64,000 bases of DNA from positions 4,362,244 to 4,426,243 of the forward strand of contig MU058463.1 of the NCBI GenBank assembly GCA_013265495.1, read 5' to 3'. Origin of the DNA: Vicugna vicugna (Eukaryota). The position numbers and the translations under genes are program-made. The notes beneath the pieces were generated by a model. The model had not been told where the DNA came from, did no database searches, and saw only the letters and a program-made list of their open reading frames with translations. Positions 37,760-50,069 of the stretch are shown here, piece by piece (the first letter of the stretch is position 1; the number at the start of each line of letters is the position of its first letter).

Positions 37760-37934
37760 ATGTGGGTGGTTGGGAGAGAAACAAACTGTCTTGTAAACAG
37801 CTTTCAAGAGATACATCTGTTTAAATTATATTACAAGCTCTCCAGGGGCGAAGCGGCAAAATTCACGCAGCAGGGTGGCTTAGGGTCTTACTGATACAGC
37901 TTTGCACACATTTCTCTCTTTTTTTAGGGTACAT

Positions 37935-39000
37935 AGGCATTCCTGCTCCTAACATTTTTGAAGCCCAGAGGAAGAGTAAAAATGGAGATCCACATATAAA
38001 AGTATAAATATGTAAAAGTATAAGTCAAGAGAACATATTGTTATATAAAATACATTTTAACGTACTATCTTCAATTTCCCTTCATCACAATGGAATTTCT
38101 ATCTTTTAAATTTCAGCTTTTTTATTTTTTTGAACTCCATTTTGTTTTTTGTCATGATTATATCTTGTTTTCAACCTCAATGATCTAAAGTATGAAAAAA
38201 ATATAATTTTTTACAGTGTACTAAATTTGAACACATTTAAAAAATACATGAATTAAAATAAATATAAACATTGAAAAATAAATTTTTTCATATTTTCCAA
38301 AAGGTTATTTTTTCCTTCTGAACTAGTAAAGGAGATCTATTGAAATTAGGAGAGAAAATTCGACTGGGAATTGATGAATATCATAAATATCAATCAATTT
38401 TAAAAATAGAGCTGGTATTTTAATTTTAATTTTCTGAATATAAATTAAATCATTTAAATATATTTCTAAAAATAAAACTATTATTACTTCTAATGTTCAA
38501 TGTCCTTCTAGTTACCAATGCAAAGAAAAGATATTTTACCTCATGTATGTTATGTCTAGATCTTTTTGCATAGTTTTAAAGTATAAACTTATGTGTATAT
38601 AATTTAAAAGTAATGTGAACTATCTAATATTGAAGAATGTTTCTCCTCTTCCACATGCATCTGTTGTGAGGGGTATGTTGATTTGTTAGTATCTCTAGAA
38701 CCCCAAACGTGAAACACGAAGAGAACTAAGATAGAGGATGCTCAGTGGAAATGGGAAATGATAACTTCATTTTGCAAGCATCCATTATACTCATAATATT
38801 GGGATGATGGTGCCACATTATTTAACATGTTTTTCCCTTACTTAAGCACTTTTAGCTTCTCACATCTTCCCTGCAGTCTGAAGCTTTGTCAGTCTCTGAA
38901 GTTGGCAGAGGCATAGCCCGCAAACCTTCATGGCATTTGGATGCAGTTGTCATTTCTTTCAAAGACAGGACAAGAGAAATGAAAAATTTCCCTGGGGCTC
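37935..39000. mobile_element. AT-rich DNA transposon remnant (hAT-Tip100/Arthur1-like)
   Basis: End motif gaagcccagaggaagagtaaaaatggagatccacat...aaaagtataagtcaag; right boundary uncertain. Confidence 0.5.
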
Positions 39001-39092
39001 AAACGTCATTAATACTGAGAGCAGTTACTTAGGATTATGGATTGTGTTTAAATTCTGAGTCTTGGATTGCAAGAGACAGAGATGCCCAAGTG

Positions 39093-39233
39093 TTTTTTTG
39101 TTTTGTTTTGTTTTAACTTTGGGAGAAGATAATTAGGTTTATTTATTTATTTTGATGGAGGTACTGGGGATTGAATCCAGGACCTTGTGCATGCTAGGCA
39201 TGCACTCTGCTACTGAGCTATACCCTACCCCCT
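39093..39233 (-). mobile_element. Vic-1-like SINE
   Basis: Reverse tRNA-like body plus taattaggtttattt 3' block; TSD ccaagt. Confidence 0.9.
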
Positions 39234-39543
39234 CCAAGTTCTTTAGTGAATTTCTTTTGCTTGGGTTCAAGGGCTTAGGCACCATCAGGAGACTGAGTTT
39301 TAAAGGGTGGGCGTCAGTGCACCGCCTGGCTCCATGCCAGCCAGCACTTCAGCTTTGGATACTCCGGTCTTGTGCTACTTCTCATCTGTCATCCTTGGTT
39401 TTCTCCTTATTTACAGTAGTTTTCTCTGGGCACTTGGCTGTCCTTTCCAGACATCTAGTTTCCTCTAGATTTTTTGAGAATACATATTTCTAGTGTACAT
39501 GAATATCATAGTATGAGTCCTTTCCATGTTTTGCATGTCCTTG

Positions 39544-40198
39544 TGTTGCCGATAGATGCAACCAGTGTTCCAGGTTCTTGTCCCGTCCCAGAAAGAATTC
39601 AGAGACGAGACATAGTGGTTTAAAAGGTAAAGTGAGGATTTATTAAAGGACGGATAGTACACTCTCAGGGGAGAGCAGGCAGGCTCAGGTGAGTGGCTGC
39701 CCTGAGTTTCTTTGGCAAGTTAGTTGCATAGGGTGTACAAATGAATGGGCGGAATATTCACTGGGGAGGGAAGGGTTTGGGATTGTATTCCCTGATTATC
39801 ATCCCAACTCCACCTTCCCAAAGGGAGGAGGGATTTTTGTCCTTATTTAGTCTGGATCGGAAGTGTCATGGTGTCGGTGCATGCTGGGTACTTCTGATCT
39901 GCAATGCTAATTTTATTGAAATGAGGGCATAATGAACAGAAGGTTACATTCCAGAACGCTGGAAATTCCTGCGTTTTCTCACTTTTCTTTGTTCTTCTCC
40001 AGGCCACTTGTCACCCAAAAAAGCATGATCCCTTAGCCCCAAGGTTCCTGTTTTCTTTCTCTGCCCAAGGACCCCTGCTGCTTACATGATGTGTGGTTTC
40101 CTGCATTTGGCCTGTGTCCCTCCTTTCTGCCCAATTCCTGCCCTTTGGTCTGCATCCCCCTTTCTCTGCTCATATCTAGCTATCTGCCTGCTCTAACA
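39544..40198 (-). mobile_element. ERV1-class solo LTR, 655 bp
   Basis: TGTT...AACA termini; perfect 4-bp TSD cttg; minus-strand AATAAA near 39640. Confidence 0.88.
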
Positions 40199-40284
40199 CT
40201 TGAACTTCCTGTGACAGTGAAAGACATTTTTTTAGGGTCTCAGGAAAGATCCTAAGTACTTCCAGGAATGTGGCATAAATTCAC

Positions 40285-40612
40285 CTGATGGTCCAATACA
40301 GTCTCTTTTGTAGCCTACAAAAAAAAAATCATCCTGTTACATTTAAATTATTGTCTCCTGTCAGTAGTCTTTCTCAACACTGGTGGTCTAAAAAAATGAC
40401 AAAAAGTTCCAGATACGTAGTATCCTTTGAAGTAAGCTTGATCTTGTTGAGGGAGCATATTGCTCCACTCCTTGGTTCTTCTGTTGATCTTAATTCCTTG
40501 CAGGAGGTTGTCCGCACCCAAGTATGAAAACAGAGACCATTTCTTCTTCTCGGGCAACACTTCTGGAGCTTCTAGTCTTTGGCTTTTCTGAGAAGGTCAC
40601 TTTCCCTAGGCT
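40285..40612 (-). pseudogene. Candidate exon remnant (GLCFHTWVR / SLLQRILRIWNF / IFFL*ATKETVLDHQ)
   Basis: Acceptor ctctccttacag; donor CAG|gtgaat; three motifs. Confidence 0.55.
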
Positions 40613-40667
40613 CTGTAAGGAGAGCCCACACTGATAATTTATGATAAAAATAGAGAATTTTGGATAA

Positions 40668-41535
40668 TTTTTTTGTTGAGATATAACCAACATATGTTGT
40701 ATTAACTTTAGGTATATTGTATACATTGCCACACCACATGTAATGATCACCACAATAAGTCTGGCTAACATTTGTCACCTCAAATATTAAAATTTTATTC
40801 TTATGATGCAAATTTTTAAGATCTATTCTTTCAGTGACATTCAAATATGCAATACAGTATTAACTATATTCACCATGCTGTACATTATATCCCCATGACT
40901 TAATATTTTATAACTGGAAGTTTGTACCTTTCGACCCCCTTCACCCATTTCTCCCACTCTCCACCCCTTGCCTCTGACAATCATAGAATCTGAAACTGAC
41001 AGTTCTATGAGTTCAGGGTTTTATAGATTCCACACATAAGTGAGATCATACAGTATTTGTCTTTCTCTTTATGACTTATTTCACTTAGTATAATGCCCTC
41101 AAACACCATCCATGTTGTTGCAAACAGCAAGATTTTGTTGTTTTTTTAAGGCTGAATAATATTCCATTATATATGTCACATTTTCCAGATCCATTCATCT
41201 GTCGATTGACAGGCTATTTCCATATCTTGGCTATTGTAAATAATGCTGCAATAAACATAGGGGTGCATGTATCTTTTCAAGTTACTGTTTTCATTTCCTT
41301 TGGCTAAATACCCAGACGGGGGAATTGCTGGATCATACAGGTAGTTCTATTTTTAATTTTTTTGTGGAACCGCCATACTGTTTTTCATAGTGACTGAGCC
41401 AATTTTCATGTCTACCAAAAGGGTTCCCTTTTCCCTACATCCTCTCCAACACTTGTTACTACTTGTCTTTTTGATGACAGCCATTGTAAAAAGTGTGAGG
41501 TGACATCTCATTGTGGCTTTGATTTGCATTTCAGT
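40668..41535 (-). mobile_element. L1MA-like 3' end
   Basis: tagattccacacataagtgagatcatacagtatttgtc...catctcattgtggctttgatttgcattt. Confidence 0.92.
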
Positions 41536-41779
41536 GGCTCAGAGTATCTGAGACTAATCATTAACTATCTAGGTCTCGCTTATCAGTTCTACACCTCTCG
41601 TCAGGCCTAAACTCTTTAATCCGAGTACTTCTTCAGTTACCTTCCTGCTTCAGAATGATAGATGAGTCATTCTGATACCAGTACCATCTTTTCAGCTCTT
41701 CCCTGAAGTGTTAATTTCATACCCTTCTATAGCTCTTCTTCCCTTTCACTTTCTCCACATTCCATATTGAAATCTGCAT

Positions 41780-41990
41780 GATGGTTAGGGGCAGCCCTTG
41801 AATCCTAGCTCCATCACTCTTGAGAATGTGACTTTGGGGAATTGCCCAACCTGTCAGTTTCCCTATTTATAAAATGGGGATTATAGTGCTGACCTCATAG
41901 GATGGTGGAAAGGATTAAATGAGATAATACGGGTAAAGTACTTGGCAAAGAACTGATAAATGAAAAGTACTAGTAAATGGTATCTGTTGT
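41780..41990 (+). mobile_element. MIR
   Basis: cagtttccctatttataaaatgggga...aggattaaatgagataat. Confidence 0.8.
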
Positions 41991-42155
41991 TATCTGTCTT
42001 CCCTTTTATGTGTCTTCAGGTTGTTTCACAGCTTTATATGAACATTAGTTGAATTGAAGGAGGAGAATTGAAGGGGAATTTCAAAGTTAATCAGTAGAAC
42101 CAAGAGTTTTACCATAACCTACAGGATATTATTTGAACATAGAAAAAAAGTGTAC

Positions 42156-42309
42156 CTTCTCTGCGATATACTGCTTTAAGAAAGGAGATTTTTTTTCATG
42201 GATGTTACAAAAGCCAAACAAAATAAATATTGTCTTTTTCTCCAGATATGGGTTTTTGGCACTATTTCCATTTCTAATGGAGTTGAAGTTGTCATTAATA
42301 GAACATTAT
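42156..42309 (-). pseudogene. Candidate exon remnant (...IVPKTHIWRKRQYLFCLAFVTSMKKNLL)
   Basis: Acceptor tattttgtatacag; donor AAG|gtacac; nearly open frame. Confidence 0.4.
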
Positions 42310-43165
42310 CTGTATACAAAATACTAACAAGCAAATCTCACCAAACCCCCCAAGCAGAAAAATTCAAACCCAGTCCACAAGGCCCTCATGCTTTCTTAGT
42401 CCCCTACCCCTGCTATTACTAGGCTGGCAGTGAGGGTGGGCAGGTGGTGTGGGGAACACATGCTGCAAACACGTGGTTTCCGTAGGAAAGAGGTTGTACT
42501 TTTGTTATGAAGAAATGCTACTTTAGGTCCTGCATTAAACTTACTACCAAAAAAAAAATGCATTAAAGGAAACAGAACTTGAGATAAATGAGAAAAAAAA
42601 TCCAGTCAAAGCATTTAATGCTGTAATGAGCAGAAAAATGACCCCTTCCTAGAGTTGAAATAATTGAAACTCTCTTTTAACATTTTAATTGGCTTTCTCT
42701 GCTTGTTTTCTCTTAGGCTTACCCAGTGTTCCTGAAAATTCTAAAAGCAGCGTCCCCTCCCTCATGCCTTTAATCTTGCTATTCCCAGGCTGCTGTTCCT
42801 CCTACCTCTCCACGAGTCCAACAGTTCAAGGTCTTGCTGTTCCTCCTGAGACCTCCCTTCCCCCCGATTGCCTTTTTATTGCTCTCTAAATAGTTTTGGT
42901 TAAATTTTAAGCTGAGTAGGAGCAAGGACCATGTCTTATATTTTAAAAATGCCACGTCCCTTACAGTGCCCGGGTATAGTTCTGGACAAGAGTAGATGCA
43001 AATTTAATACATTTTGTCTGATTGTTTGAAGAGCTTCCTTTACGTGACCAGAAAATCAGAAAAAGTTGTCAAGACTTTGATCCCTTTGAAAATATGATTA
43101 ATAAGACTTTGAGAAAAAAAACTCTGCTCTTCTTATGTTTTACAGTTTCTCTGCTCAAATTTTTC

Positions 43166-43671
43166 TGCGAGGTTAATGCAGGGCAGCCTCAGATAGTGAA
43201 CATGAAGTGTGCCTCCACATGCAGCAGGGAAGGCAGGCAGATGCAATTGAAACCCATCTGGAAGATGCTGGGCCCACTGACGTCCTTCAAAGTCCAACAA
43301 CCCACATTTCTGAGCTCTCAGATAAAGTACATTCTTTACTGGGCATGTTTCCCCTAACAAACTAAATAGCCCCTTATCAGAGTCAAACCCCACCAAAGCT
43401 TCACAGACCCTAAACCTCTTACCTCACCTACAGCCAATCAGAAACTTGTGCAAAAGCTGATCAGGGACCTTGTGACCCAACCTTACAAAAGACCCCAATA
43501 ACAGGCCCTCGGTGCTCACGCAGGCACCCCTCGCCTGTGTGGCCACTGTTGTCTGTGACAGCTTACCCTAATAAACTCCTTCCTGTTCTTTCACTTAACC
43601 TCTGGTAAATTCTTTCACCAACCTGCGTGTCATTGGCTCACTGACAGGCTGCCGCACTGTGTCCCACAACA
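43166..43671 (+). mobile_element. ERV solo LTR
   Basis: TG...CA termini; CCAAT box at about 43434; AATAAA at about 43570; no clear TSD. Confidence 0.7.
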
Positions 43672-44079
43672 GGAGAGTAAAGGTGGCAGAAACATCAAAC
43701 TGGAAAAGAAATTCATAAACATCGCAGACTTTGTTGTTACCATGAAGAATCGTCCCAAATGTATTAGATAACAACCTCAAATTCCCATGACACTGAACAA
43801 GCAAAGTGTCTGGAAAATAATCAGTTTGTCTTGCCTGTTTTTTTTTTTTTTTTTGATTCAGCCAGGAAAACAACATGGAAATAGACTGCAGCGCAGTGGC
43901 CAAAGGAAAAAGGAAAACCCCAGCCCCAGAAGGCCATGCGTGTGAGATGACCTCTCCGTTCGCTCTCTCCTTTCCACCTGCTGCTGTTTGCGCTGCAGGA
44001 TGTGCTGCTCTTCGTGGTGTCTCTGCTGGATCTGCAGCAGCTCTTCTTTCCATTGTTTGAGTCTCTCAGCTGATGCTAC
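43672..44079 (-). pseudogene. Best-preserved exon remnant: coiled coil followed by Trp motifs
   Basis: VASAERLKQWKEELLQIQQRHHEEQHILQRKQQQVERRERTERSSHTHGLLGLGFSFFLW (ORF 43858..44139); acceptor ttttgttctgtttggaag. Confidence 0.65.
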
Positions 44080-44499
44080 CTTCCAAACAGAACAAAACAA
44101 ACCCACAGACAGATTCCCTCCCTGTTCTAAACCAGCCATATTCTGATGTCAGGAAAGAGCAATTCTTTCTTTTTATTCCTTTATGTCTAATGGTAGCTTT
44201 GGGGTGTTCTGACGTCTCTTAGAGTTTTCCTGTTTTACGGTATATACATTCTGTTCTTTGTTGCAAATCCACGTTAGATAATGTAGATGAGGGGGGAGTT
44301 TCCACTAATTACTGCATAAACCATTATGGTAGCTATGCAACAGAGGTTGTTGATAGATGGATTTGAAGATGAAACACTACAGTCATCCTCCGTTCTCTTG
44401 GCAGAAATGGTATTTGCACAATGCAGGTAGGCTTGTTTGTTCTGTTACTGATTAAATCCTTCCCTCTTTTCCTTCCTTCTCCCCTTGCCTTCCACCTCT

Positions 44500-44871
44500 C
44501 CTTCCCTGCTCGCTGCCTGCTATGCCGTGACTCTAAAGTATGATGATCTCCCAGTGTCTACTTAACAGTTGCCCACTTCATACAGGAAGCAGGAGAGTGG
44601 CCTGAGTTTGCTGCTTTCTTTAGTTCCTCCTTATTCAGCTGCATTTTAGCTTATGGACACACATCAGACTTTTTTTTTTAAAGTTTGGCTCCCATGTTTG
44701 GCTCCACTCAGTGTGATCCTCTTTAATATCTGACTCATTGTGTCGCATGGATTTTCCACCTATCTTAACATGCATTTTCCTCCAGTCCTTGTTGAATTAA
44801 ATCTCACTGCTCTTAGTTCTCACTGATGATTCTTTTTAGGAATGGTGCCATTTTTACATTAAAAAAAATAC
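44500..44871 (-). pseudogene. Candidate exon remnant (YFF*CK...ELRAVRFNSTRTGGKCMLR*VE...LKKKV*CVS)
   Basis: Acceptor ttatttcccag; motifs in one frame; 3' boundary uncertain. Confidence 0.5.
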
Positions 44872-45139
44872 CTGGGAAATAATTTGACTTTTATAAGATA
44901 CTTTTGATTTTGCAAGAAAATGGGTGTAATTTTTTTTTCACTTCCCCTTCAACTATTTGAGAAAAATCAGAGAGTGAAAGCTAAGTAGTGGCTAATGCAT
45001 GTTCTAGTATGTAATGAAGAATATTAAATAATCACGCCTAACGCCCCTGGCATTTGCCAACCATAATGGAGACCAGTGACACATAATAATGTATCTATAG
45101 TATTGTATCAATAACATTATTAATAATATTAGCTGGAGA

Positions 45140-46108
45140 TGTGAGCACCCTTGGTTTTGAAATTAGCTTGATACCCAAGTGTATTAAGAATAGAGTAATG
45201 AAGGGAGTGAAGTGTTAGTGGATGGAAGGACCCTTAAATTAGGAAACCCACCAAAGTGTGGGTTCTTGCTGCCATCTGAAAGAATTTGCACGGCAGAGGG
45301 ACAAAGGGAACAGTCGCTTTATTGCTCAGAAGGAGAAATAGAAGGAAAGTGCTTGAGCAGGGAGAAGGGAAGAAAAGCACTCGAGCGAGAAAGAAGAGAT
45401 GCTTGAGCAGGGAGCCGTCAGCCAAGAGGGGACAGCTCTGGCCTGGGTGGGACCACATGGACTTTTATGGGAGGCTTCCACCATCATGTCCACCTTCTGG
45501 GTGTGGTGGAGCCAATCAGTCTTTGTTTGAGTTTTTCACATCCTGTATGGGTTTTCCAGTTGTTGTCCTGGCAATAGTCAACATTCATGGCGCTGGAGGG
45601 TGTGTCACTTAGCATGCTAATACATTACAATGAGCACATAATGAGGCTCAAGTTCCACTGGAAGTCAAATCCTCCACCATCTTGGACTGGGCCAGTTCTA
45701 ACCAGTTCTTGTTTCTACTCTGCAGCTGCCTCCTGAGACTTAGATAAGAGTAATTGGTTCCTCTTTGAGGGAGGGGCAGGGGTACCATCCCTGAAGCAAC
45801 AGCCTTGGTAACAAAAAGTTGCTTTTAATCAGAATGCCTGAAGTCTAGTGATGACTAGTATCCTCCTCCAAAAAATCCATCTTCAAAGATTCTTTTCAGC
45901 CATGAAACTTTAAAGGGAAATGAAGGAATAATCTCAGTTAATCACTGAGCTAGGTGGTCAGAGTCGCTGCCATCCCCCAGTGCCTGCAGGCTTGTCCTAA
46001 CCAGCTGCTCAGGAAGGTGTGGGAGACTCCAGCTTTTCTCTATACTAGAGGCAGGGGTTTGGGGAGTGGGGGGCCCACAGGGTCATGCTCCCTTTCAAAG
46101 GACTCACA
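45140..46108 (-). mobile_element. ERV solo LTR hosting a nested LTR
   Basis: Inverted termini tgtgag/ctcaca; flanking agat repeat. Confidence 0.6.
45213..45813 (-). mobile_element. Nested ERV1-like solo LTR
   Basis: TGTTA...TAACA termini; minus-strand AATAAA at about 45318. Confidence 0.75.
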
Positions 46109-47128
46109 AGATATGTCAAACTGGGACTAAGGGAAGGACTTAGGGCTGTTTATCTTGCAGAAGAAGAGATCAAAATGAGATGTGAAAGAGGGAACAGACT
46201 CTGTCCAGGTCATCCCTCCAGGCTTGTGGGGTTTTCTGCCTCCCAGAAATAGTCCAGCAGAGGTTGAGTGACTCAACTTCAGGAATGGACTGAATTTTTT
46301 CACTGGGTGAGTGCATGGGGCAGATGGTATCTGTGGTCCATCCCTTAAACGTGGGCAGAGTTCCAAGTTGCTAGTTAACAAAAAGGCAGGATGTCACCAG
46401 GGTAGTTGATGGGAAATCTGGCATTGAGCTTTTCTGATGACTTAGGGCTCTGACCTCATTTCGTGTGGTGGGTTTCCGTTTGCTGTGAGTGGTGAAGCTA
46501 TGGTCCCAGGTGGCTGTCAGGGAAGTCTGCAAGTTTTCACTGGAAGAGTGGGTGGCAGGGAGCCTGGGAGGAGCACCCAGGCTGGACTCAGCGAATTGGG
46601 TTGGATATTTTGTTTGGTCAATGGATGAGGGAATTTGTTTATTGGTACCAAGTCTACCTACTGTCCCTGGGATCATGGGAGTTTTCCTCTTGTTAACTTT
46701 AGAGAAGCCGGGAAGGTAAAGGTCAGAGCTGTCAAAGAACACCCTTGTTAAAGCTATACAGCCTCTCAGTGAGGCCCTCAGCGTGTATGAGCATCCGTTG
46801 GGACCTGTGTGTCATCCGGGGACCTGGCTGTCATGGAGGCTTTCACTGTTTGGTCACTAAGGCATCATTGAGACACCCTTCCCTGTGATGGCTTTGCTGT
46901 AGCAAGCTAGTACGGAGAAAAGAAGAGGCAAGTGTGGGGTTGGGAGGGTGAGAGAAACAGTATGAGAAATACGTGGCTGCATCAAGAAGAAAGGAAAGAA
47001 ATCACTGTAGGATGGGAATTTTGGAACATGGAAATAGGAGAGGAAAAGTAGATATTCTTTGGGTGCTCACAGATCAAAGAACTAGAACTAGAAAATGAGA
47101 CTGACTTATAGAAGCAAATCATATCGAT

Positions 47129-47282
47129 GGGGTGGGAGTACAGCTCAGTGCTGGAGCGTGTGCTTCATGTGCTTAGCATGCACAAGGTCCTGGGTTCAGT
47201 CCCCAGTACCTCCATTAAAAATAATCAATCAATCAAATTGCCCCCCCCCACCAAAACAATAAAGGAAGAAAAGAAAAGAAAA
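47129..47282 (+). mobile_element. Vic-1-like SINE with a small internal duplication
   Basis: tRNA-like boxes; gtgctt duplicated; C-run and A-rich tail. Confidence 0.88.
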
Positions 47283-48382
47283 TCCAAGCATAGACCTATT
47301 TTCAAAAAAAGATATTATATTAACTAAGTAAGAGAAGAGGAAATGGAAATAATTTTAACTCATCTTCCCTGTGAAATAAAACTCTGTTTTGCTGAAAGAT
47401 GTATTAACCAGCCTACCTCCAACCTCCGAGCTCTAGGAGTAGGCCCTTATGATATTCCTTATTTCAGTATAGAAATTAGATGGATCAATCATAGTGATAC
47501 CTACTTAAAGTAAACTTGATTTTTAAAAAATCAGTTAAAGATAGATTTATCCAGAATTTCACATTGGTAGAAATCAGAAAGCTTAAAAAGTCCATGAAAA
47601 AGACAGATTTTTTTTTTCATCTAGCAAAATTTGGTTGGTAACACAAGAACCTAGAAGTGGTTCTTAAAAACTGGTAATGACAACAGCAAAATACCTGTGA
47701 ATGGTATATTGGAGCTGAGCCAGAGAGCAGTGTAAGTCCCGGTTTCCTGGGGAGGCAGAATGATACTCAGTTTGTGGAGGGGAAAGTGAAGTCATGCTTG
47801 TTGAGTGCCAACATTGCATCAAGCTGAACACTTTACATCTACCATCTCATTTATTCACCACAACCCTGAAATTAAGTATTATTATTACTGCCATGCAAAA
47901 GAGGAAACTATGGTTCCATCATCACTTAGGAAAAATAATATATATGGACTGTCAGTTTTTGAACTGTATCTTCCATTCATTGGGTATCTGAGGCTTGGAT
48001 TCAAACATAAGATTTCTGTAGCTTGACTTTCAAGGCCATGAGATTTCTTTTGAGAAATTACCTGCTTCTCTCTTCTGTGAGAGTGTGTTGAAATCCAACA
48101 CTTCCTCCTACTGCCACTACTCAGATACTACTCATCTCAACTAAGACCATAAAAAGGACTGGGGACCGCCAAGTCAGGATGCCTAGCCATTCTGAAGCTT
48201 CACCTGTAGCTCCTGGTGGTAAAATCTGTTGAAACTTGGTTAAGCTTGTGGCCAGAAAGTGGGACAACTTACCTGGCCTTCTATGGACTCAAGTTAATTA
48301 GCTCTCACACTTATGATAGGGATTCCATGGGGCAGCAGTATGGAACTAATGTCTCCTTCCTGGAAGGTGCATCTCAGGATGT

Positions 48383-48782
48383 TGTTATGAACTGAATTGT
48401 ATCCTCCTCTCACCCCAGTTCATATGTTGAAGCTCTGACGCTCAATGTGGCTGTATTTGGAGATAGGGCCTGTGAGGAGGTAATAAAGATTAAATGACTC
48501 ATAAGGGTAGGGCCTTAATCCAATAGGACTGGTGTCCTTATAAGAAGAGGAAGAGATAGCAGATCTCTGTCTCTCTGCCTGTGCACAGGGAAGAGGCCAT
48601 ATAAGGACACAGCAAGAAGGTGGCCATCTACAAGCCAGAAAGAGAAGTTTCATGAGAAACCAACCCTCACAACACCATGATCATGGACTTCTAATCTCCA
48701 GAACTGTGAGAAAATACATTTCTATTGTTTAAGCCCCCCAATCTGTGGCATTTTGTTATGGCACCCGGGGCAGATGAATATA
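48383..48782 (+). mobile_element. MaLR solo LTR (MLT1A0-like)
   Basis: tgttatgaactgaattgt...taatccaataggactggtgtccttataagaagagga...ccagaactgtgagaaaata. Confidence 0.9.
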
Positions 48783-49560
48783 GGTGGCTTCTCCCCAAAG
48801 TTGAACCTGAGATGAGAATTTCAGTGCCAGTAGTTTCTTTGGGATATGGTCCCAGTCAGTGCTGTGCAGCAGTGGGGACATGACTCAAAGAAGGAAGAAA
48901 AACCAATGAAAATGTGATAACGAGTAGACTGGGGCTATGAGGAATCAGCTCTCAATCCTTCTGGGGGGCTTCTGAGGACAGTGGAACACAACTCAGAATC
49001 TTCCTACCACAGATATTTATCCACCAACTCCTATACCTCATTCATTGAGGGTCCCTCCTGGGGCAATTTCCAGCCTGCCAATCTCCTCCCACTGTCGGAG
49101 ACTGCCTACATAGGCAGAGATGCAGAAAGCCATGTAAGCATGAACAGTCTATTAGTTGTGTCTTGGATAGGCAGAAGGTGACCTTAAAAACAAACATTAA
49201 CCTTTCATCTGAAAAGGAAATCACTATGTAATGTATGTAATAGATACTCCACTCCATCTCTATGCCATCCCTTATCCTGGATACTTTTCTGATCATGGAC
49301 TTATCCCATTCCGGCATCTCATCCTCATCTGAACTGCTCAGGTTCAGAGTAAGGTTTGGGATGGAGGGACAGTCACAAATATGCTCATGTCAGAACCATA
49401 CAGTCAAAAATTTCCTCACTGAAATGAAGAGCTTTCTTTTTACTGGGATGGTCTCTACAAACAGTTGACAAGTACATGCTGGTGAAGCCTAATTCAAATA
49501 AAATTCCCCTGGCAAAAAAAGTCCATGGCACTGCCTAGCAATGGTATGAAAAATTCTCAC

Positions 49561-50043
49561 CTTTAGAATTTTCCCTTTATATTAAGGCATTAGTCCACCA
49601 AAAGGCTAACCAAAAGCAAATTTCAAGGGAATGGGTGAGCATCACAAGTGTGCATGTTTGCCATTAGCACCCATTAACAGAGCAAGAAGAAGGAGAGGTG
49701 GAATTGGTTTTATGTTATTGGGAGGCAGAGAGAGAAGGGCACAAGCACTCCCGGGCTCTTCCTGGTGAGCGTGTAGCAGCAGGACTCCAGGCAAAACTCC
49801 CTTCCTGCCTCTCAATACTGCTGTTCCGCCAAGGACACCATCCCAGTGAAGTTTTCCTTTAGTGAATTTCCAAGGCAGTTCTTACTGACAACAGCATGCT
49901 CACCACTTCCTCACTAATTGTTCAGTGTGAGTCTTGTGTCCCTCCAAGACCACACGTGGCTTGAGTGTGTGCAGTGAAAATTTCCTCTCTTTCCACACTT
50001 TCTTCCCTCCTTTCTTCCTCCTCCAGTTTCCATCTTTATGTAC
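49561..50043 (-). pseudogene. Candidate large exon remnant
   Basis: Acceptor ggtttag; donor AAG|gtgaga; KKVWKERK, QLVRKW*A, LGWCPWRN. Confidence 0.35.
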
Positions 50044-50069
50044 CTAAACCAGTAATATATTGACATTAT

